Of a stretch of DNA of 64,000 bases, positions 22,501-35,389 are shown one piece after another. The position numbers were made by a program, and so were the translations under genes. A model generated the notes under the pieces. That model ran no database searches. It was given only the letters and a program-made list of their open reading frames with translations, and had not been told where the DNA came from. How positions within the stretch are numbered: position 1 is the first letter of the stretch; each line of letters starts with the position of its first letter. Origin of the DNA: Azolla caroliniana (lineage: Eukaryota; Plantae; Polypodiophyta); the NCBI GenBank assembly GCA_043228905.1, contig JBHGNT010000015.1, positions 11,532,001 through 11,596,000 on the forward strand. The letters are read 5' to 3'.

Positions 22501-25500
22501 CACATGTTGAAGGACATTTACGTCGACACATTGTCAGATAGTGGCCACCGCCTTTCTATTCAGAAGCTTCCAGTCCGACTCCAAAACCCCTCGGGTATTT
22601 CTGCTCTGTCGACTGGCTCGTACATGTCCTCCATCTTTATCTTCCAATCTGCATAGTTCTGAGAGTTTAGAACTATCATACCTGGGAAACCGCCAACACC
22701 TCCTTCCATGCTTGCACCTCAAGCTTTGATACCAGTTTGTTGAGAAATCGTTGCGGAAATTTAATTCACAATGAATAGACAATGCTGAAATACAAATTAC
22801 AGAAATGCCAGAAAAACAAGACACACAACAGTGCAAAGAGATTTACGTGGAAAACCCTAAAATGAGGAAAAACCACGGGTGAACAGATTCTTCACTATAG
22901 TATAGTGGATATACAATACAAAGATGATTACAACACCCTATCGAGTGTATCAGCCGCATAGGGCTCTTCGCATCTACTGTTACACACACAACTATGGCGC
23001 GGCTCACGCTTCTCACTCTCTGTCTCTTCTGTTGTTCTAACTCTGTTCATCTCACACTAAAGTTTGCCCTAGTTGCGTATATACTTACGCAACTTTCTGG
23101 CTATTTACATACCTAGCCCTCATGGGGCGCTCATTCAGACTATTTACAAATAGTCTCCCGAGTTGGCTATATACATGATTCCGGTTTCGACCTCGGCCGA
23201 TTCCCTCATCAACTCAGCTCCTGTTTTTCGACTATCGGCCTTTCCAAATAGTCGGATCTTCCTCCCACTGGAGGGACAAATTACCAACACAACAAACAAT
23301 GTCTCTATCAAGCAACAAGGTTGAGTATCGATGAGGTATCGTCGCGACCTGTGAAACCATATGGCTTCAGCGGCTGTTGTAAGACCTCCAGATCGAAGTA
23401 CCGACTCTGCTCCCGATCTTCTACAACAACATCAGTCGCATGCAGTTGTCCAAGAACCCCATGTTCCATGCTCGCACAAAGAACATCGAGGTGCATTATC
23501 ACTTTGTATGCGAGTGGGTCTTGAGCGGTGAAGTCAAACTCTGGTATGTTCGCACCGATGGACAGGTTGCCGACATTTTCACCAAGGCATTCAGATCCGA
23601 CAAGTTGCAACACTTTTTAGAGATGTTTGGGCTCCAACATCTCGATGTGCCACACTTGAGGGGGAGAACATGCATGGGGAAAACAAGTAAAGGTACCATA
23701 GAAGCAGTCAGAGAGAAGGAGAACGAAAGAGAAACAAGGGGAGCAGCTGAGGAAAAAGGAGCCGAGTCAACTGAAGAAGTCGGCACATCCAATAAAGTTA
23801 GAACAAGCGGCAATGGCGGCATAGTCAAGAAGGATAGAGTGAACCGGAAGATGAAGGCCAAGACCCAGACATGGTCTGATGTGGTGAAGGTCTTGAAGAT
23901 TGAAGATGAATTGGAGACAACAAATTTAGACAAGAGGGGGAACGAATCGGATGCAACCGATTTGATTAACAGTTTGATTCGAAGGAGCTGAATCACTTGA
24001 AGGCCAAACAGACAAGAAGGTAGCGAAAGTCGACGCCAACACGGAGGAGCCGACGGGTTGAGATGCGTCGAAGTCATGACGATGAAGGAGCTAAGATGTG
24101 CCTGATGGGCAGACAAGCCGATCGAGAAGGTCGAGGCGCGCATTATCGGATGGGTCGTGGAAAGCGGGACTGGACGAGTCAAGGAGCGTGAGTGAAGTGT
24201 GAAGATGCCAAGAGAAGTCGGAGGCAAGGAGCAGCAACGACTGACACGATGAGCCGACCTCAAGTTGAGGTTGAGGGGGAGTGTTGAGCGAGCAAGCTCA
24301 ACATGGGCCGGATCGGTTGAATAAGCCGAGGCCTGGATTTAGAGAGCCCGAATCAAAGAGACGGATCGGTGTCCGGAACGGAGAGCCGGATCGGAGAGAA
24401 CTGGATCGATGTCCAAATCTATGTAGAACCGGTAGGCCGTTAGAAGCCTATGATCCTAGACTATTAGGTAGATTATTCACCTAGTAATCAGTGTCAATCT
24501 TGCTCAGTTATGAGCATTGAAGTACTTGTTAGTACTTCAGTCAGTCCTTTTAAGGACTTGTATAAAAAGTGCTCTTAAGCACATTTGTATAAAGTTTATA
24601 GATTGTTATTTGGATATAGATTTTTTGTGTGTTCTACTCTCTCTATCTCTCATGCGTTCTTTGTGTATTGTTTCAAGCTTTCCATTAAAACTTCGTTCAT
24701 TTTTCTATTGCTATCTGGTTGAGCTGGTTGTGTCGACAAGCTTCCTCACATAACTTGTCACACATATAGGGTCTAATGTTAAATGGGGAAGGTTTGGCAG
24801 AATAGTTAAATCCATAGGCACATGGATTTATAATGCAGGGTGGTAGCGTGTTCCAATGTGTTGGGGGTCATACTTGGGACAAACTTTGAATTTATTGAGG
24901 AGATATGGATTATGGTAGCGTGCTTATTGGTATGACATATTTGGACCAAGCGTTGCAAGTTTGTTTTTCAACAATAGAAGCTTCCATGCGGTGAGGTGAT
25001 GCTAAATATCTGGTTTGAGCTGGTAGCCTGGTTGCGCGAATGGTACGAATCGATTAAGAGGGAATTAGACGAAGTAGAAATGGCAAGGTCAAAGTTTATC
25101 TGAAATGGGGTGGTTCGCCCATGATGGTCAAATCGTCAACCGAGCCTAAGTGGAACTACCAGGTGCCTAGGTGGTTGTTTCCATCATTGGCTCCCAATAT
25201 TGTACAAAGGATGTAAATATGTACATTTGGGGCACAAGTAAGTTACCATGTCGCGCTACCCGAGTAACTTGGTTGTGCTCGTGATAGTAAAAGAGTGTAG
25301 TGGGATAAGTAGAGGTGAGGTAAAAAAGAGGGGGTGGGGGTTTGTATGGGATTTGTGGGGGGAAGGGTAACTCGAGTTTTGCAGAATTTTCTTTTTTTGC
25401 TAGTTTTGGAGTTGATCCACTAAGATGTATATATTCATCCCTCTAAGGTTAGCCCTTGTGGATCTTCATGCTTGAACTTGGTTGTATTTCGTTTACCAAC

Positions 25501-26229
25501 TAACGTGAAGTAGTGTTTTATTGGAAAAAACAAAATAAAAAGAAGTTTCCATTACACAAACAAACAAGTTTTTGATAAGAGCATTGACTATAATTTTCAA
25601 TAGTTGAATGCATTATCTATGAGTGGCTTTTTTTGTAAAGGTTTGATATGTTATATTTTGTAGAGATTGCAAGATTGTATAGGCAAATAATTACAATATA
25701 GTAGGCAATGAAAGAGCAAGAATTAATGTATATAACTAGTAAAGCAGTGAAGCACAATTACAACAATAGGGTTTTGATACCGGGAGATGTCCCCATATGC
25801 TTCTAAGCGAGATGCAACATTGGAAGTGAAGTGAGGATTAAGCCTAGAAAACAATCTTAGGTTCCTTTCATTGAATAGGTTGTTATTCCTAGTGACTAAT
25901 TCATCTATTGTATATGATGTACCTCCCTTTTCATTGATCACACATGTGAGGGTGATTGGTGTTTGTTCACGTAAAACATCATCCAATTTATGCTCGAGTA
26001 AAGAAGCATGCAAAGTTTCAATACATGTTAAGTTTATCATCCATCCATTCCCTTGCCGTTCATTCAACTATTAATATATATCCTCAATAGTGAAGAAGAA
26101 AATAATACATGCACGGGAGCCATAAAACATAAATCAATCATGTGTTGATTGCATTTATAGGTTTTTGCTATTTATATGAAGTTCTTAAGAGTTAAGTGAC
26201 TACTAACTCTCAACAAGCTTTTGTCTTTA

Positions 26230-27110
26230 AGCTTCTCCAAAAATTTCAATGTGCATGTGCTTTCTCTAAAGCTTAGACAAATTTTCCATTAACTTCTTGT
26301 TGGTTGTCTGGACTCTAAACCATTAGTACTTTGAGCTATATGTTTTCCCTTATCAAACAATATTTTTTGTCAGTTGTATTTATTAATGTCTTTGAAAGCT
26401 TCTTTTTGCATTCTATTTTCACATGATTTTGGATCTCTGCAGACTGCAGTTTATAACACATCCTTGGCAATCTTGCCACATCTAGGCACTCTTTTCAAGC
26501 CTAGTAAGTCATATTATGTTTTGTCTTGCACTATGGTTAAAAAAATATCGGTTCCTTTCATATATTTAAGATTGATACATCAAGTCCTATGACATGTGTA
26601 TGTGATGTAATATACCTTCCAAAATAATGTATGGAAAACCACATTATTTCCGTTGTGATTTTCTACGCTTGAGCCATTATTATCATTCTATAAAGATACA
26701 CCATTTTTAATGAGCGTTCTGGTACAATTGAAACTATGTAGAAGTGCTTTTCCATATTAATCTGACATTTTTAAATTTGTAGAAGTTTGACCGTTCCAAC
26801 CAACTCGAGATATACATAATGAAAGATTGCTACATGTCATATTGCAATGTTCTTGAATGTGCATTCATGGTACCCAAGACAAACCTCTTGCTTGGATCTA
26901 AAGTAAGCAATGTCATCATCTAAATTTACAAAAGGTTGATCTTTCATCTAAACAATCATAAAAGTTGGAATCATGATGAGGAATATAGCATCCAAGTACA
27001 AGGGTAGGAACACCATTTGATATAATTGTTTATACTTATCATATTTGACCATAAAAATATATTTTTTGGATCCTTCCTTGAATCTTACATGTTGCCTTGG
27101 ATTTCTTATC
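26230..27110 (-). pseudogene. Decayed LINE fragment (endonuclease region) related to the LINE at 55163-59633
   Basis: 26890-27020 aligns by eye with 58155-58285 (taagcaatgtcatcatcta...tgatgaggaatatagcatccaa). 26240-26267 matches about 57345-57372. Confidence 0.8.
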
Positions 27111-27169
27111 CATTAGAGAGAGAGAGGGAAGGAGGGGGGGGGGGGGGGGGGGGCGAGGGGGGGCAAATG

Positions 27170-28275
27170 TTGTTCTTTCATGAAAAAGGTGACAAGTTCA
27201 AGACCTACATAACCTAGGCTTGTGTAGAGACATAGCAAAATAGGTGGGGTTCAAACCCTAAGTTAGACAATGCAACTTCACAACCTACATGCTCCACGGT
27301 CATGTAGGTGGTCGGTAGAAAAAAATTGTTGTTCTTTTATACATAAAGGTGACAAGTTCAAGACTTATATACCCTAGGGTCATGTTGGGACATGGCAAAA
27401 TAGGTGGCTTTCAAACCCAAAGGTAGACGATGTAGCAAGGGCCTAAATTTGATGGGTTAGTATCAAAGTTTTTTGACGGGCATTTTTCAAAGATGTATGT
27501 CATATGACATAAGATTGAAAAAACTAACATGTCATTTGACATATAAATTTTAAAAATGAAAAGCTCTATATAATGCTACATTTTTATACATGTCATTACT
27601 ATAAAAGGTACACAAAAATACACAATTTAGTATAACTACCTCACAAAGATAATGAAATACATAAAATAAATATTGTGTTATTGTTTTTACAAATAAGTAT
27701 GAAAAAAAGGTTAGTAAAAAATTTAGTTTTAACTTAAAACTTAAAACATTAAAATCAAACCTAGAGTTTACACTCTTAGAGTATTTAATAAAGGTTACTG
27801 TTTAAAATTTCAACTAATATTATTAGTAAAGAATAAAGATTTGAGAATATATTATTATAATTTATTACAGGATGATGATATTATTTTAAGCGTGTTATAA
27901 AAATAAAAATAATAAAAATATATTATTATACACACTTCATAGTACACATATATATTTATATGATAATATGTGACATATATATAATGTATATGACATTGAA
28001 AATAGAATTTTAGTATGTCATTTGATATGTATAATTTTGAGGGGCCTTTCACATGAAAATAGAAATTTTAACTTTGTATGTCACTTTACAGACATTTTGA
28101 AAGTTTTTGACTGGCATGACACCCGTCAAATTTTTGCCTTGCAGTGTAGCTTCATAGCATAGACATTCTAGGGTCATGTAGGTAGTTGGTAGAAAAAATG
28201 GTTAAAAGTTCAATACCTACATATACCCAAAGGTCATGGAGAGGAATATAGATACATGCATTTCAAATCCAAAGC
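27170..28275. repeat. About 160-bp tandem repeat (2 full units and 1 partial) interrupted by a MITE
   Basis: aggtgacaagttcaagac at 27187 and 27347. The second unit resumes at 28142 after the insertion. Confidence 0.8.
27436..28141. mobile_element. hAT-type non-autonomous element (706 bp)
   Basis: Imperfect TIRs CAAGGGCCTAAATTTGATGGGT / ACCCGTCAAATTTTTGCCTTG. 8-bp flanks CGATGTAG / CAGTGTAG. Subterminal TGAC/GTCA motifs. Removing it restores the 160-bp repeat unit. Confidence 0.8.
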
Positions 28276-29229
28276 TTAAGTTTCACTACCATAGGAAACA
28301 ACTTAAAAAATGCCTAAAAATAGAAGATTGTTTGTTGTATACATTAGTTTATGTTAGAATGGAGAAAATGAAGAGTGAACTATGAAATTAACAATAGTAG
28401 TTTACAAACAATCGTTAGCTTACCTTTATATTGTACTACATGTGGTGGACATCATTTTAATTGATTTATACATGTATAAAACACTACTGTTGTTTGGGCA
28501 TTAGAGTTAACATTGTTTAACTGATAATCATGCTATAAAAATATGGAGATGCCGTGAAAGTGTAACATAGTTAGTGCAAAACGCAGTTTATGCTATGTGA
28601 ATTGAGCTAAATGATTTGTTCTAATTGATAAAGATAAACATGTGTACTAAAGTTTAAATGAAGTGGAACAAAATGTTGTGGGGTTTTTTTACTAACTTGA
28701 AAAGAGAATACATGATGTGTTGCCTATATATATACACACATCCACATCACTACATATATGAAAGCAATAGAAATGAACACTACATGATCGTGTAAATTTG
28801 GGATACTAAGCATGTGATTCAAAGCTCCATAATTTTCAAGATCTTAGGGCGAAGTGATATTTATGGGAAAGTGATCATGATCGTTATTATTATTATATTA
28901 TTTTTGTTAGTGTGAGAGCGAAACATATTATGAACTACATAGGCTCTTGTAGAACTACTAGCCGGAAGCAATAGTGGTTTCTTGTTTTGAGAAGCCTAGT
29001 TTAAAAATATATCAGAAACTAATATTTCGTTATATTTCAAAGAGGGAGTGATGTATATGTCTAGTTTAAATGATATTCACGTGGATATAATAGTTGTTTC
29101 TTTCTTCTTATTAAAAATAACAAGTACATTTTGTAGACTTCATATTGAAAGATTTGTAGAAAGATTCTTAAACCTATACAAAGTGCTCATGCATCACAAT
29201 AGTTTGACTGCATCTAATTTAGTGATAGA

Positions 29230-29381
29230 CATTGGCGTAGCTTTGGGGAGGCAAGTTCCTCATTTATCTAGCAACATCAAGATATCTCGGAAAACCTGAT
29301 GACAAGCATTGGCCTAGCTTAGGGAGGTAAGTTCCTCATTTATGTCGCGACATCAAGATATCTCGAAAAACTTGATCAACA
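29230..29381. repeat. About 77-bp tandem duplication
   Basis: cattggc.tagctt..ggagg.aagttcctcatttat...catcaagatatctcg x2. Confidence 0.85.
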
Positions 29382-29721
29382 ATTCTCGTTCTAACTCACA
29401 TTGATGGAAAGAGAAAGAAAGACACAATCATTTTTAACATTCCCTATCCACAATTCTCTTCGATTAATTGTGATGAAAAATAGAGTTGCTTTTTGAGTTA
29501 AATACACTACAATTTTGTGTCAAGTTTTTGAATGTTATGATTTTGTTTTGATCAAATAGGGAGCATGAATTTCCTTGCCATAGAAAGATTTTGATATTAA
29601 AAGGGAGCATACATATATAAAATGTTCATAGTATTAAATGTAGTATCTATTCTACCTTTGGTAATATTCGAAACTCCTTTTAATGATAATCCATCGTGAT
29701 TTATGACATTCTATCTCTATT

Positions 29722-29921
29722 TCGCCTTCAACTCACAATGTCACCTCTCTTTCTAAAATCACAACCCTCCCTCTTTTCTCTCAATAAAATGACACATGTG
29801 AGTTATGGTTGAGAGAGGTGTGAAGCATGTGAAATTAAAGCCAAATAGGTAAAAGAGTTATGATTCCACAAGAGCAATGTTGTGATGTAGGGAGGGGCAA
29901 AATCATGTGAGTTGAAGGCGA
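29722..29921. repeat. 200-bp segment bounded by a perfect 16-bp inverted repeat (MITE-like)
   Basis: TCGCCTTCAACTCACA (29722-29737) / TGTGAGTTGAAGGCGA (29906-29921). No TSD seen. Confidence 0.6.
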
Positions 29922-30510
29922 TGTAAACCAAGACTTTGATTAATTATAATGTAGTGTCATTAAATTACATTAATACTATTACCACTTTTAATGAGGGTAA
30001 AATTGACACTTTTAATATATTACGGAGAGAACATTTGAAGCTACTCAGAATGTGAAGAGTATTTCTATATTTTCCCTTATAAAAAATTAAAATGCTTGGA
30101 CATTTTAGTCTTCCTTTGTAGTGGTTGCCCCACAACATATAATTGATCAATAAATTCTTCTTCCACAAATTCTTCTTTCTTAATAGAAGACAATCGTGTT
30201 GATTACGTGAAATGTAAAAATTGGGGAATTGTGTTGTCAATTCTTTTTAGATATTTTCATCCATCAATACTTCACACAATCAATTTCTCCATCTTATGAA
30301 GGATTTTGTTTTCCAATTTTTACTATGTAATAATGACATTGTATCTTTTCATGGGGCACACAATCTAATAGTATCATTCCTAATAATGGACTCAATAGAA
30401 ACAAACCATCATGCCTCATTTTGTGATACTTGGATAACATCCAGTCTTCGGGCTCTAAACGCAACAAAGAAAATATCATATTTTGTTGATCCCCATGCAT
30501 AAGATCTGAG

Positions 30511-30790
30511 AAAGACAATCACCCTCCTCTACACTCACAATCATGACTGTAAGTTCAACATTGGAGCTTGGAGAGTGCTAACTAAAGCAATCCACATGTT
30601 GTTGAGCATAAGATCTTATAACATGAGAGGAACAAGTCCGAACCATGTAAAGAAAGACAATCACCCTCCTTGACACATAATCATGATTTTAAGTCTGATA
30701 TTGGAGCTTGGAGAGTACTAACTAAAGAAATTCACATGTTAAGCATATGATCTTGTAACATGAGATGAGCAAGTTCTAAACATGCAAGGA
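30511..30790. repeat. About 142-bp tandem duplication
   Basis: aaagacaatcaccctcct at 30511 and 30653. attggagcttggagagt occurs in both units. Confidence 0.85.
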
Positions 30791-31077
30791 AATAATAAAT
30801 GTCCAACAAAGTGTGAAGTCAATAGAGTGGAAGAAAAAGGGACACATGTGAGTCTATACAAGCTTTAATGAGGAGAAGTGATGAAAGGAAGGAGAAGACT
30901 TTCTAAGTGTTGTTCAAAGGTGTTGGTAGTAAACTTATACAATGCAAGCTAACAAGTAGAAGAGAAATCTTCGCTATCAAATCATCAAATAGGGATCCAA
31001 CTTGGAGACCATATAAAATGATGGCCATGGGAAATGCAAAAGGACCAAGAAAAGGCTTTATAGTTGGACAATTTTAC

Positions 31078-31538
31078 TGTTGAGATATCAAGCTCAATTA
31101 AGTTTAGCCATTTAGTTAACCACGTAACTTAGTAGTTACCTAGATAGAATCTAGTTAGAAGTGTTGACTATAAAGCCTTAAATAAGATTCTGTACTTAAG
31201 TGAGATACATTCTAGATCCTCCACTCCCAAATACATTTAATATAGGACTTACACCTTTGTACCTATATTCTCCTCACACATGTGCACCCTTGCACATGAG
31301 ATGTATATATACCACATTGTGGGTATTTTTGTAACTTGATTCTTATTAATATAGAGAAAAGGTCTTTAACTACAATTTTGTTAATCATCCCCCATTTATA
31401 TTATTGTTCATAACTGTATCTTCCTCTCTCTCTTCCTCCACACACATACACACACAAATCACATAATCTTTCCCTGCTTTATCAATACTCACATAATTAG
31501 ACCCTAGTTAACCCTAGTTAATTACCTAATTATTAACA
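31078..31538 (+). mobile_element. Solo LTR (Copia TGTTGAG..CAAGCTCAA family)
   Basis: TGTTGA...TTAACA ends with a perfect TSD TTTAC (31073-31077, 31539-31543). No PBS follows. Confidence 0.9.
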
Positions 31539-32076
31539 TTTACCAATGGATGTCACAATTGAGAGGGCATATTGTGACTATGTGGAACATTTGTGCAAGG
31601 ATTGGGTTGGGTCAAAGATAGGCGGGAAGAATGGTTGAATGTGAACAAAGATATGATATGCCATTGTGTCAAATTGTGACATTACATCTCTTGAACTTGT
31701 TTACAGAAAAATGCGGATAACCGACTAGTCTTATGAACTATGCTCAATGTCTCCTTTCCCTTTAAAGAGAGCATGAACTAAGAGAAATGTACCTATGTGG
31801 GCGGTTTCGTGCATTAAATGAAGAGCATGGTTTTGTAATTAGTTGACGTAATATTATAATGCGTGAAGCATGAGCCTCCACATTTTATTGATGTCATGAT
31901 ACCAATAATCTAAACAAATTTTTTTAATATCTTGCGTCCAACCATAACAACATTTTGCTTTCATGTGTCTTTTGGATCATTTTACTTGCTTCCCATGCAA
32001 TTCTATGCAATTGATATGTGTGACATGTATCTATGAGTGCAATTTCCCCATTCTAAGAAGCATTAGCCTCCATATT
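31539..32076 (-). pseudogene. Decayed LINE 3' fragment
   Basis: Aligns by eye with about 55280-55880 (tttaccaatg..., catgagcctccacattt, tcttttggatc...cttgcttccca). Confidence 0.8.
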
Positions 32077-33070
32077 TGTTGAGAGACAAGCTCAACATGA
32101 ACAGAATCGGCTGAAGAAGCTGAGGACCGAGAACCGAGAGCCGAGAGTTGGGAGCCGAATTGAAGAAAGTTCGACTTGGGTGGGCCGAGTCGGAAGAATT
32201 CCAAAAAGACCATTGAAGGCCTATATTCCTATTATGGTAGATAGGAATATTGTAGGCAGAATTAGTGTTAGGCTCATTTATGAGCATTCAAGTACTGACG
32301 GTACTTGTGTAAGCCCACTCGTCAGGGGCTTGTATAAAAAGTGCTCACTAAGCACAACGTATGCATAGACCATTCTCTCTGTCTCTCTCTGTCACACCAT
32401 TCTCTGTGTTTACCTAATTGTCGAGTTTCCGAAACCAACTGTGTACTCAGTGTCTGTCACACACGTATTATTTGTCATGGTATCCGAGTGCGAGGGTTGA
32501 GACTACTCTGCACCCGATAGAAAAGAAAGCACACAAGACAAAGTCAAGTTTTTCGTTTTTTTTTCCGGAAAAGAAAAAACAGGAACATGGATAGAGGAAT
32601 GGGAAGCTTGCTTTTGACCGAAAAGCTTGATAGGAGCAACTATGCATCTTGGTCGTACAAGATGCACCATTACCTACTCGGGCACGATTATTGGAGTTAC
32701 ATCGAAGGAGCTAATGATGCAGCACCCGAGTCGACAGATAGAGATTTCCCTGCTTGGGAACAGGCGGCAAGCAGAGTTCTCAACTGGTTTGCATCCTGTG
32801 TAAGAGATCGGCTTTTAAGCTACATTCAGGATGGTGGGACGTCAAAAGATGCTTGGGGAAATTTGAAGAAGATTTTCACCCTGAGCACCACAACTAGAAA
32901 GCTTCAGCTCAGACAGGAGCTGAGCAACGTCTGACAAAGAGACATGTGAGTGGCTGACTACACCTCCAAAATCAAGGAGATTTGCGACTCTCTCACCTCT
33001 GCCAACATGAATGTCGAGGAGGAAAAAATGGTGGAGGTTTGCCTTAGAGGGTTGACGTCGAAGCTCGGAG
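32077..33070 (+). mobile_element. Copia 5' fragment: LTR 32077-32477, PBS, gag start
   Basis: TGTTGAGAGACAAGCTCAAC...TTGTCA then TGGTATCCGAG. ORF 32587-32934 EKLDRSNYASWSYKM. Confidence 0.9.
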
Positions 33071-35389
33071 TAGCAAGCTCAACAGGATCCGGATCGACTG
33101 AATAAACTTGAGCAGGATCAGCATTCGGAAGGATGAGCTGGATCGGTGAGCTGGTGAGCAAGTGAGTCGATGAGTTGGGGAGCCGGTTAGCCGGATCAAG
33201 CAGTAACCGGAAGCCTAGTAGCAACCTGGACTACTAGGTAGTTAATGTCTCGTAGTTAGTGTTAGACGTTCATGTGAGCATTGAAGTACACTGTACTTCT
33301 GTAAGTCCTCTTAGGAATTGTATGAATAGTGCTGTTGAGCATGTTGGAGGTACAGAGTTTGTGAGTTAATTTTGGAATAGAGTTTTATGTTCTGCTCTTT
33401 CTCGGTCTCTCCCGCGTACTGTGTATATTCAAGCTCTCCATTAAACTTGCGTTTTTGTTTTCGGTTTTCTATTGCTTCCGCACACTATTCTTTTACATGC
33501 TATCAGAGCTCGAGGGTTGAGAACCTATGCAACCGACATCAGCATCTGAAGACAAACCCTAAGACCTAGTAAGAACAGAAAGAGAAGTGATGGACAGAGG
33601 AATGGCTAGCTCGCTCCCGGTGGAGAAGCTCAACAAATCCAACTACACATCTTGGTCATACAAGATGCACCAATACGTACTTGGGCATGGTTATTGGAGC
33701 TATGTCGACGGAGCTAACGACACAGCACCTGATGCGGCACACAAGGACTTCCCAGTGTGGGAACAAGCGGCAAGCAGAGTGATGTACTGCTTTGCGTCTA
33801 GTGTCGGGGACCAGCTGCTGAGCCATGTCCGAGATGTCAAGACACCAAAAGAAGCTTGGGGAAACTTGAAGATGGATTTCGCGGCAATCACTATGGCCCG
33901 GAAGCTGCAACTCCGACAGGAGCTAAGCAATGTCTGACAGAAGGACATGTCGGTAGCTGATTACATGGCCCGAATCAAAGAGATTAGTGACTCACTTGCC
34001 TCTATCAACGTCACTGTAGAGGAAGATGCGATGGTGCAGATCTATCTTGGGGGCCTAGTGTCTAAGTTCCGAGCATTCCGAACGGCGGTATGTACAAGGT
34101 AGAATACGCCGTCATTTTTTGACTTACAGTCGATGCTCCTTGTAGAGGAGAACCACGCCGGTGCATCAACAAGTGCAACCACCGATAGTCGAATGTTATA
34201 CACGGAGGCAGATTGGCCCCATGGGCGTGGTGGACGAGGTGGGTTGGCTCGCAACGGTAGCGGCCGGCAAGAGTAGGACCGAAGGCACAGAGAACGTGTC
34301 GACAGTAGTTCCGAACCCTCCACAAGCAGGGGGAGTGAAGGCGGCGCCGGAGGTCAGCAAGCAAAGGCCGACACGGAATGCTGGTATTGTGGTAAAAAGG
34401 GCCACAAAGAAAGTGAGTGCTGGAAGAAGCGCACCGATTCAGACAGATCCGGATCCGGCTAGGCCGGCAAAGAGAACCGACAATACTCGCACTATGTAGA
34501 AGGATCGGGAGGATCCAAAACCGGAAAAGCTAGTAAAGGGCCAGCCTTGGTGATGAAACACGAGGCTAACTCGATGAAGAAGACCACTTCCAAATCGGAG
34601 GAAGTGTGGTACGTTGATTCTGATGCGTCGAATCACATGAGGAGCCACAAAGAGTGGTTCTCTTTCTTGGAGAAACCAGAACAACCGGGAGTCGTCGAAA
34701 CCGGAGACGACACTCCTCACCCAATCGTGCATGTCGGGGAAGTCCCTTTGAGCCACGTCGGACAGATGGGGAAGCTGATGAACGTGTTACACGTTCCGAC
34801 CATCACGAAGAACCTGGTGTCAGTCGGTCAGATTGTTGACTAGGGGATGCAGGTGCGGTTTACGCACTTTGGGTGCTTCATCGAGGAAGAGGGCCAAATT
34901 ATTGCGCAAGGGCGCAGAGATGGGAGGATGTTCATCCTCGACACCAATGATGTCGGCACCGCTTTGTTCGCCAAAGGAGAGAAGATTGAATGAAATATTG
35001 ATCTCTAGCACAAGTGGATCGGCCACGTCAATTACCGGAGGCTTTAAGATATGCAAACGAAACAAGTTGTTTTCGGTTTGCCGAAGTTTAGTGGCCGGAA
35101 GGTCCAAATATGTGAAGCCTACCAACTCGGGAAGCAACACCAACTTCCATTCCCTACCGAACGAAACCATAGCCGTAACAAGCTCGACCTTCTTCATTCG
35201 GATGTATGGGGACCGGCACAGAACGTTAGTCTTGGTGGGAGTCGATATTTCGTCTCGTTCATCGACGACTACAGCCGACACACATGGATCTACCTCATTG
35301 AGCGGAAGAGCGAAGTCTTCGAGTGTTTCCGGAACCTGCAAAGACTGGTTGAACGGGAAATAGAGAGGAAGATCAAGTGCCTGCGGTCG
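33071..35389 (+). mobile_element. Second Copia 5' fragment: LTR lacking its first bases (to 33497), PBS, gag-PR-INT remnants
   Basis: PBS TGCTATCAGAGC 33498-33509. Gag from 33587, ECWYCGKKGH knuckle, WYVDSDASNHM protease, HSDVWGP integrase. Cut at KCLRS by a Gypsy LTR. Confidence 0.9.

Larger units (their letters stand above)
12650..23289 (-). mobile_element. Full-length degenerate Copia with 552-bp LTRs (12650-13201, 22738-23289)
   Basis: Perfect TSD CAACA. TG...CA ends. tRNA-iMet-type PBS TGGTATCAAAGC next to the 5' LTR. PPT AAGGGGGAG at about 13204-13212. Gag, PR (IDSGAS), INT, RT and RH are present in broken ORFs. Confidence 0.96.
9621..24760 (+). mobile_element. Degenerate Copia, 5'-truncated, host of the 12650-23289 insertion; 3' LTR 24282-~24760
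   Basis: Zn knuckle (ECWYCG) through PR, INT and RT (YVDD) remnants at 9621-12649. RNase H SSKKQ resumes at 23295 as xTMSLSSNKVEYR. PPT at 24271-24281 then TGTTGAG. Confidence 0.9.

Noticed and set aside
27115-27163. GA run and long poly-G as a G-quadruplex or Gly-rich coding exon
   Set aside because: Simple-sequence tract with no supporting gene structure. Homopolymer length is also error-prone.
29965-30518. Short ORFs as host exons
   Set aside because: No recognisable domain or splice pattern. They lie among tandem duplications and decayed repeats.
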